A program made the position numbers and the translations under genes. A stretch of DNA of 64,000 nt from the human T2T-CHM13v2.0 reference genome, Homo sapiens, in assembly GCF_009914755.1 (NCBI RefSeq), contig NC_060928.1; one strand, given 5' to 3'. The notes below the pieces were generated by a model that saw only the letters and a program-made list of their open reading frames with translations, was not told the origin of the DNA and did not search any database. Below are positions 54,690 through 64,000 of this stretch, one piece after another. The stretch's first letter is position 1; each line of letters begins with the position of its first letter.

Positions 54690-55152
54690 GACTTATAGGC
54701 ACAGCTAAAAAAAATCAGGTGGACTGGGATGGCACCAGAGCTTTGTGACCCCTGACCAGGTATTAGAGGGGGATCAGACCCCAAAACCAGCCCAAACTGG
54801 AACAGGATCCCTAGTTGCCTTCAGTTCATGACTATATCATTATAGTGCTAAAATTCCCACCCCAAGGAGAGAATCTCCACCATCTTATGTATATGGGCTG
54901 TGTGAAGATGCATGTTTATGAATGAAGCCTGAACATGTGGAGTCCCACCTTACACATGCTAACATTCCTCTCCAACCCCCAGACTCAGTCCTTAAAAACC
55001 TCACGTTTTTTATTACCTGGGGAGAAGGGGTCTTTAGAGCATGCGCTTACTCCTCCATCTCTGGCCAGAAATGTTTGCCCTTTGGTCCAGTTGGGTGTTC
55101 TTGCTTTGTGACCCATACAAAGTAGGAAGAGAGCTCAATTTTCCGGTGATAT
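54690..55152 (+). mobile_element. Old solo LTR (probably ERVL class; subfamily uncertain)
   Basis: LTR-like layout: cttaaaaacc TATA-like motif, ggggagaaggggtctttagagca, terminal ccggtgata; about 460 bp. Confidence 0.5.
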
Positions 55153-56539
55153 TACCCTTACGCCACTGCCTTTAGTTCTCAGTGTGCTTTTCTTTCACAC
55201 TGTTAATCTTTTTTCTATTTTACAGTTTCATCTTTTAAAAAAACACAATTTCTCCTTTTGCCGCTCCTCTAGCATTCCTTCAATTATAGCTCTTGAAAAT
55301 TATACGATTTTTGTACATTCCAGCTCAAATACCCAAGAAGGGGCTACAATTTGTTATTTTTCTTGTACCCTCTATAACTCACTGAACAATCTGTAAATGG
55401 GGTCTTCAGATCAGATGCCCACTTTCAAATCCTCTGGGGCAAGCTGGTACATTGTACCATATACAGCGCACCTGCAGCCAGGACTGTGGAAGGGAAACTT
55501 TAGAAGGGGCTGTCGCCTGTTAGAAACCCTAAATGATGCATTTAGTGCTGACGAGTCGTTTCTATCCCAACCAAATACTGTGTTCTGTTACATTCATTAT
55601 CTTAGCCTCTAGCTTTTTGTTTTGCTTTTTGCATTTTGACTTTTGTTCAGGTAATTTTTTAAACTGGTCCGATTTCATAAGATCACAGAATTTCTCTCCT
55701 TTTAAAAATACCGATAAAAAATGATGAACCAGGGTGGAGTTGGAGATAGGGCACCATGCTTCAAATGTAACAGTAGTGAATAATAAATACATGGACATGT
55801 AAGACTCATTTTACAAATCTTGTCTACATTACTTATGATAGCTCTCTACTTACTTATGGCACTATAAAAATAGTTTGTAATCTAACAGAGCTCAGGAGCT
55901 AATGACTCCCTTAAATTCTTTGACCAGAGGTCTATTAGAATTCTTTATTGCTGGGATCAAATTTCATCACAGCTCATATGACCCCAGGATCTCCCTCCAC
56001 ACCTATTTGTTTCCTTAAGCCTGTGGTGATAGACCTCACCTAGGCCCGCTGAGCTTAGTTCCCTCAGGCCATGTGGAGCAGAAGATACATGATGGTCCAT
56101 TCTTACATGATGGTCATCAAAATGTAATTACAATGTGGCTGTGCATGCAGGATGCCTACTCATTATTACATAACCTTTGGGTAATGCAGTAATATAGCAT
56201 TGGAAGCATACAGGAAACTGTACTTATGCCCTGGAAGTTATGATTTGGGTAATTTGGTTTATCAATGTTGTTTCACAACCGTAAGAGGTAATTATGACAA
56301 GTCTGGGGAATAAAACATGCAGAGAGCTCCAGCCCTGGCTTTCATTTCCAGCATGTCTTCCTCCTGAGTGAACTGAAAACCACCACTAAATCTGAGAGTA
56401 TCTCTCATGAGTGAAAGGGCTGCACTGCTTACTGAACATCCCTGGCTTGATGTCATTTGACTGCCTTTGCAAAAATCTCTAACCTTGGAGTTGATTGCTT
56501 TAAAATGCAACTTACATAAAACTTATGTGTGAGAATGCT

Positions 56540-57582
56540 CCTTTTAAAAATTTTATTTTATGTTCAGGGGTCCATGTGCAGGTTTGTTATATAGATAAAC
56601 TTGTGTCACAGAGGCTTATTGTACAGATTATTTTGTCACGCATGTGTTAAGCCTAGTACCCATTAGTTACTTTTCCTGATCGTCTCCCTCCTTCCATGCT
56701 CCACGCCTAGGTAGGCCCCAGTGTCTGTTGTTCCTATCTATGTGTCCATCTGTCCTCATCATTTAGCTCCCACTTACAAGTGAGAGAACATGCAAAATAT
56801 TTGGTTTTCTGTACTTAGTTTGCTAAGGATACTGGCCTCCAGCTCCATCCATGTTCCTGCAAAGGACATGATCTCATTCTTTTTTAATGGCTGCATAGTA
56901 TTCCCTGGTGTATATGTACCACATTTTCTTTATCCAATACCATTGATGGGCATTTAGTTTGATTTCATGTCTCTGCTGTTGTGAATAGTGCCACAGTGAA
57001 CATAACACATGCATGTGTCTTATGGTGGAAAGAATTGTATTTCCTTGGGTAGATACCTAGTAATGGGATTGCTGGGTTGGATGACGGTTTTTTTTTTTTT
57101 TTTTTTTTTTTGACAGAGTCTCACTCTGTTGTCAGGCTGGAGTGCAGTGGTGCAATCTCGGCTCACTGCAATCTCTCTCCCGGGTTCGAGCGGTTCTCCT
57201 GCCTCAGCCTCCTGAGTAGCTGGGACTACAGGCACGCACCACCATGCCCAGCTAATTTTTGTATTTTTAGTAGAGACAGGGTTTCACCATGTTGGCCAGG
57301 ATGGTCTTGATCTCTTGACCTTGTGATCCACCCGCCTCGGCCTCCCAAAGTGCTGGGATTGCAAGGCGTGAGCCACTGTGCCCAGCCGATAGTTCTGTTT
57401 TTAGTTATTTGAGGAACCACCACTCTGCTTTCCACATGGTTGAACTAATTTACACTCCCACCAGCAGTGGATAAGCATTCCCTTTTCTCTGTAACCTCGC
57501 CAGCATCTGTTATTTTTTGACTTTTAAAAAATAGCCATTCTAGTGGAGCGAAATGGTACCTCATTTTGGTTTTGATTTAGAT
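56540..57582 (-). mobile_element. 5'-truncated L1PA (older, L1PA13-16-like) 3' end with an inserted Alu
   Basis: gttcaggggtccatgtgcaggtttgtta...ggcctccagctccatccatgttcctgcaaaggacatgatctc...ttgaactaatttacactcccaccagcag. Confidence 0.88.
57088..57387 (-). mobile_element. AluSc-like
   Basis: gttgtcaggctgg, ggccaggatggtcttgatctcttgacc; poly(T). Confidence 0.93.
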
Positions 57583-57792
57583 AATGTTCTTTTTCAACAA
57601 GCTCCAAATTCAGTCTTCAGCGGAATGAATTCACCAGTTTCCACTTTACCTCATAATTACATCACTTGGAGTACAATCTACACTTCTTCTGTATCTTTAG
57701 TTATTTCAGCAGCAATTTTCATGATTTTCAGTCTTTTCCCTGTTGTTCAGTTTCCCAGACTTTATAGATTTTTGTTTTAAATTCACATTGTT

Positions 57793-58120
<328 letters not shown>

Positions 58121-58866
58121 AAATTCACATTGTCAGACCAGAATGACTACCCCTTGAACATAAACATCATGTGGCATTGCTCAGGCTCTGGAGAGATCTC
58201 TAACAGCTTTGTCCTTTTCTGATTCTCTACTCAGTATCTACCAGTCCTCCCACAATGCTCCCTGAGTTTCTAACTTCCCATTCCCTTCTCACAAAGACCT
58301 TCAATTTCTAAAACTTGTCTATGCGTTCTCTTCTCGACTCCCTCTTTATCTTAGACTATTTTCAGTCTTTTTGGTTTTGCCCTGCAGGTTTCTGGACTCC
58401 TTTTACCCATCTTCACCCTCCCAGCCCTCATCACCCTATTTATTTACTGTGGCTGATGTTCAAACCTGCTGGAGGCATATGTGGAGCATGCATTCTTCCT
58501 GTTCAACCTGTTCTTCCTGTTCGACCAGGCAAAGTTCTTACTGAGACCTGGGCATGTAATTTTCTTGCCCCAGAAGGTCTCCACCTTCTATATGTTCTTA
58601 TCTACTGTCAGCTCAATTCTAGCTCATACCCTTTGCTCAATATTCTTTATTCAATATATTGAATAACATCTTCAAGATGTGTATTTACATAAGGCATAAG
58701 ATAACTAATTCTATAAGAAAAGAAGCAAATGTGGGAAGTGTTGTTTCATCACATCTTACATTATGATTGCATGTTATCTAATTTGACTGCCTTCGGATCA
58801 CTTTTTTTTTCTTGTGTCTTTGTCCTTTTTCAAGCATGGTGTACTTTAGACTCTGAATATATTTCT

Positions 58867-59183
<317 letters not shown>

Positions 59184-59788
59184 TGACTGTGAATATATTT
59201 CTAATTGAAACTTGCATTCATAGAATCTGTGTGCAGAGACTGAAAACTGTTTCATTAAGTAAATATCAGTGACTTCCGCTGAGGTCAGTGGCTGAAGAGC
59301 CGCTCTTGTATGAAGACTTGGAAAGACACCTTTGCTTTTTGATTATAACCAGAAAATACTCATAATTCTGCACTGGTACCTATGGTGGTAGTAGTTTGTA
59401 AACCTCTTGGTCATATAGATAAAAGGAATGAGGTAATACTCCCTTATAAATGGATAAAATGATAATGCATTTTAGTATTAGTAGGAATGAGAGGTGACAA
59501 ATACATAATTACATAAGTACATAGTAAGCAGAAAGGGTGGGAATTTTCTGTTCAGACTCAGGAGCTGGTACATGTTTAGACTGGTTTGATTGTTGTTTCT
59601 GGTGGACAGCTCTAAAAATTTGGTAGTTACTGCATTTTTAGTCTTTTTTTTTCCAGATCTAAGAAAAAAATTAGCCTTTGGTCTTTGGAAAACAGAAAAG
59701 TGCTAACTTGAAGTATGGTATATGTAATCTAGTATGCCTACCAAATAACATCTTCATTTTTAAAACTAGGAGTTACATAATAAAATGG

Positions 59789-60467
<679 letters not shown>

Positions 60468-60873
60468 ACAAGGAATATTTTAATAGGATATTTTTATAAC
60501 AAAAATATTTTCTATTTAGAAGATACAGTATTCTGGTGACATAGATACAAGGTGTTATTTTTTTATTCAGTTAGATAGCATCCTTCTAATAATTATTTTC
60601 CATAATTGAAATCAAACACTTCTCGAAAAATAACTGGCAAATTAGGATCAGTTAGCAAAAAAGGAAAACGATGAAGAGATTACTTGAGTTTTAAAGAATG
60701 GAGGGAATAGAAAAAAAATTGTGCCATGAAGACACTGTAACGTAAACATCTTATGATTTTAAATAAGGAACTCAGATTTCATAAGTCAAGGCCAGTGAGA
60801 ACAAAGATACTTTACTGTACATTGCTATTAAAGAGTCACACTGTTACATTAAAAAAAAAAAGAAGAATAATTA

Positions 60874-61176
60874 GGCCGGGCCCAGTGGCTCATGCCTGCA
60901 ATCCCAGCACTTTGGGAGGCCCAGGTGGGTGGATCACGAGGTTAGGAGTTCAAGATCAGCCTGGCCAAGATGGCAAAACCCTGTCTCTACTAAAAATACA
61001 AAAAAAAAAACTTTAGCTGGGCATGGTGGTGGGTGCCTGTAATCCTAGCTACTCGGGAGGCTGAGGCAGACAATTGCTTAAACCCGGGAGGCGGAGGATG
61101 CAGAGAGCTGAGATCATGCCACTGCACTCTAGCCTGGGCAACAGAGCGAAACTCCATCTCAAAAAAAAAAAAAAAA
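60874..61176 (+). mobile_element. Alu (AluSg-like)
   Basis: Full Alu; aagaataat in both flanks. Confidence 0.93.
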
Positions 61177-61799
61177 GAATAATGAAAAGCCACACAGTAG
61201 AATATGAACCAACTTGAATCTTCTGGGGACATGCTAGAGTTTAGTTACATAAGATAATTGATTTTTAAAAATGTTTTATTAAAACCATTTACTGATTTTT
61301 TATAGCAAATTAGAAAATTCTTATAGTGCCTGTGAGAATTGCTTTTCATTATTAGAGAAGATTTTTACTAATGATAATATATAGGCTTTTTACTTGAAGG
61401 ATGCAGACAGAAAGAATTCTCAAACTTCAGAGAAACAAATTTGGTTGGATTACAGATATTTTTGTAATGAAGGTCACAATTGTGGGTTAAATTACAATGT
61501 CCATAGAGCATTTTGTGAGAGAAAGTCAGTCATTAAATCTCAAAGCATATTTGTATGGAAAGATCCATAATTCCTGTATTGAACAAACCTTTTCTAAGCT
61601 CTTATATTAGAAAAGGCTGCCTTCCAAAGATGTGGTGGCTACACATGAGGAATATACTGTTTTAATGCTATAGCTAGGATACTGAAATACTAACCAAGAA
61701 TTTTTATAGATTGAATTTGCAAGCTGAAAATAGCCTAAATTTATACACTACATGTGGAACTTATGTCCAGATAGAAATATCTATAAACATACAGGATGA

Positions 61800-62135
<336 letters not shown>

Positions 62136-62198
62136 AGTTTTTACATTCTTAAATTATATAACTTTACATATAGCCACATACGACTGAATTCACCACTA

Positions 62199-62541
<343 letters not shown>

Positions 62542-62884
62542 AAATTATCTGTGAGTTAACCATTGTATAATTCAAGTTTAAAACAATTTTGATGCATTCT
62601 AAATAACCTTAAAATGTTCAGAATGAACTTGAAACTATAATATACTTTTTTGGAAAGAAGTTATGTTACAAAAGAACCTGCTGTCAGTTGGTAGTGAGAT
62701 GAATTATTTATGTTGCAAAGAACTCTTGTGGGTTGCATCCTTCCTGATAGTGGAGAGGGAAGGAGATGTAGTTGGTAACTGAGCCAAGAAATCTCTGATA
62801 GGGATAATTCAATTGCCCTTTGGAGGGAATGAATATGATGTTATGATAATGATAATCCAAGACCTGTTAAACCTTTTAAAATTA

Positions 62885-63545
<661 letters not shown>

Positions 63546-63829
63546 TTAAACTGGGCATATATACCAGGTAGTTGATGCATTGGATTATTGTAAGCAAGTA
63601 GGTAAACTTAGCTTTTCTTCCTGGAAAATCAACATTATTGGAAGATTTTTAAAAATTAAACACTCATTCTGTAGTAGAATGTGCTATTTGCATAAAATAT
63701 AACAAGAAGTCTCAAAGAAGCTTGAAGCTTATAGCTCTCCTTTCCATTTCTCCCCTTGATTCCTGCAAATGTACAAGTCAATCTCCCCTACTTTTAGAGG
63801 GACTTGAAGTGTTTGAGAAGCAATGATAT

Positions 63830-63945
63830 ACAACTTAATCTTTACAATGGCCCCTGAGATATTGATTTTTCATGGTTGAAAAGAGAGACTCTGAGAAATT
63901 AAGCAATTTGTTGGGCTTCAGATCTAAGAATCTAATTCAGTGATA
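63830..63945 (-). mobile_element. MIR relic
   Basis: acttaatctttacaatggcccctgagat...gagactctgagaaattaagcaatttg. Confidence 0.6.
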
Positions 63946-64000
63946 GCTCCCCCTCTGACCTGCTGCTTCCCTACAATTCTAAAAGGATTTTCATTCCTAT

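Overview
This window is primate (human-like) non-coding genomic DNA, probably intronic or intergenic, with no intact protein-coding gene that I can recognise. It is dominated by interspersed repeats: about 31 Alu/FLAM copies, a full-length TSD-flanked but decayed L1PB-type LINE (minus strand, 45183-52970), two LTR12/ERV9 solo LTRs, other solo LTRs (MER52-, LTR47-, MER34-, MLT1-like), an MLT2/ERVL proviral relic, Tigger/MER DNA transposons, MIR/L2 relics and a 3'-truncated 5S rRNA retropseudogene. The recognisable ORFs in the track are Alu, LTR or L1 artefacts; the rest look like chance frames. I found no evidence for a new multi-gene system. The most unusual observations are: (1) a tailless 5S retrocopy and an oppositely oriented Alu that share one target site, leaving three copies of it; (2) an LTR12 inserted into the L1 with no target-site duplication; (3) two co-oriented LTR12 promoters 2.7 kb apart; (4) a tailless inverted Alu fusion; (5) a repeat-free E-box/GATA cluster and several candidate alternative first exons or micro-exons. 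Repeat subfamily names come from my recall of consensus sequences, and the boundaries of old repeats are approximate.
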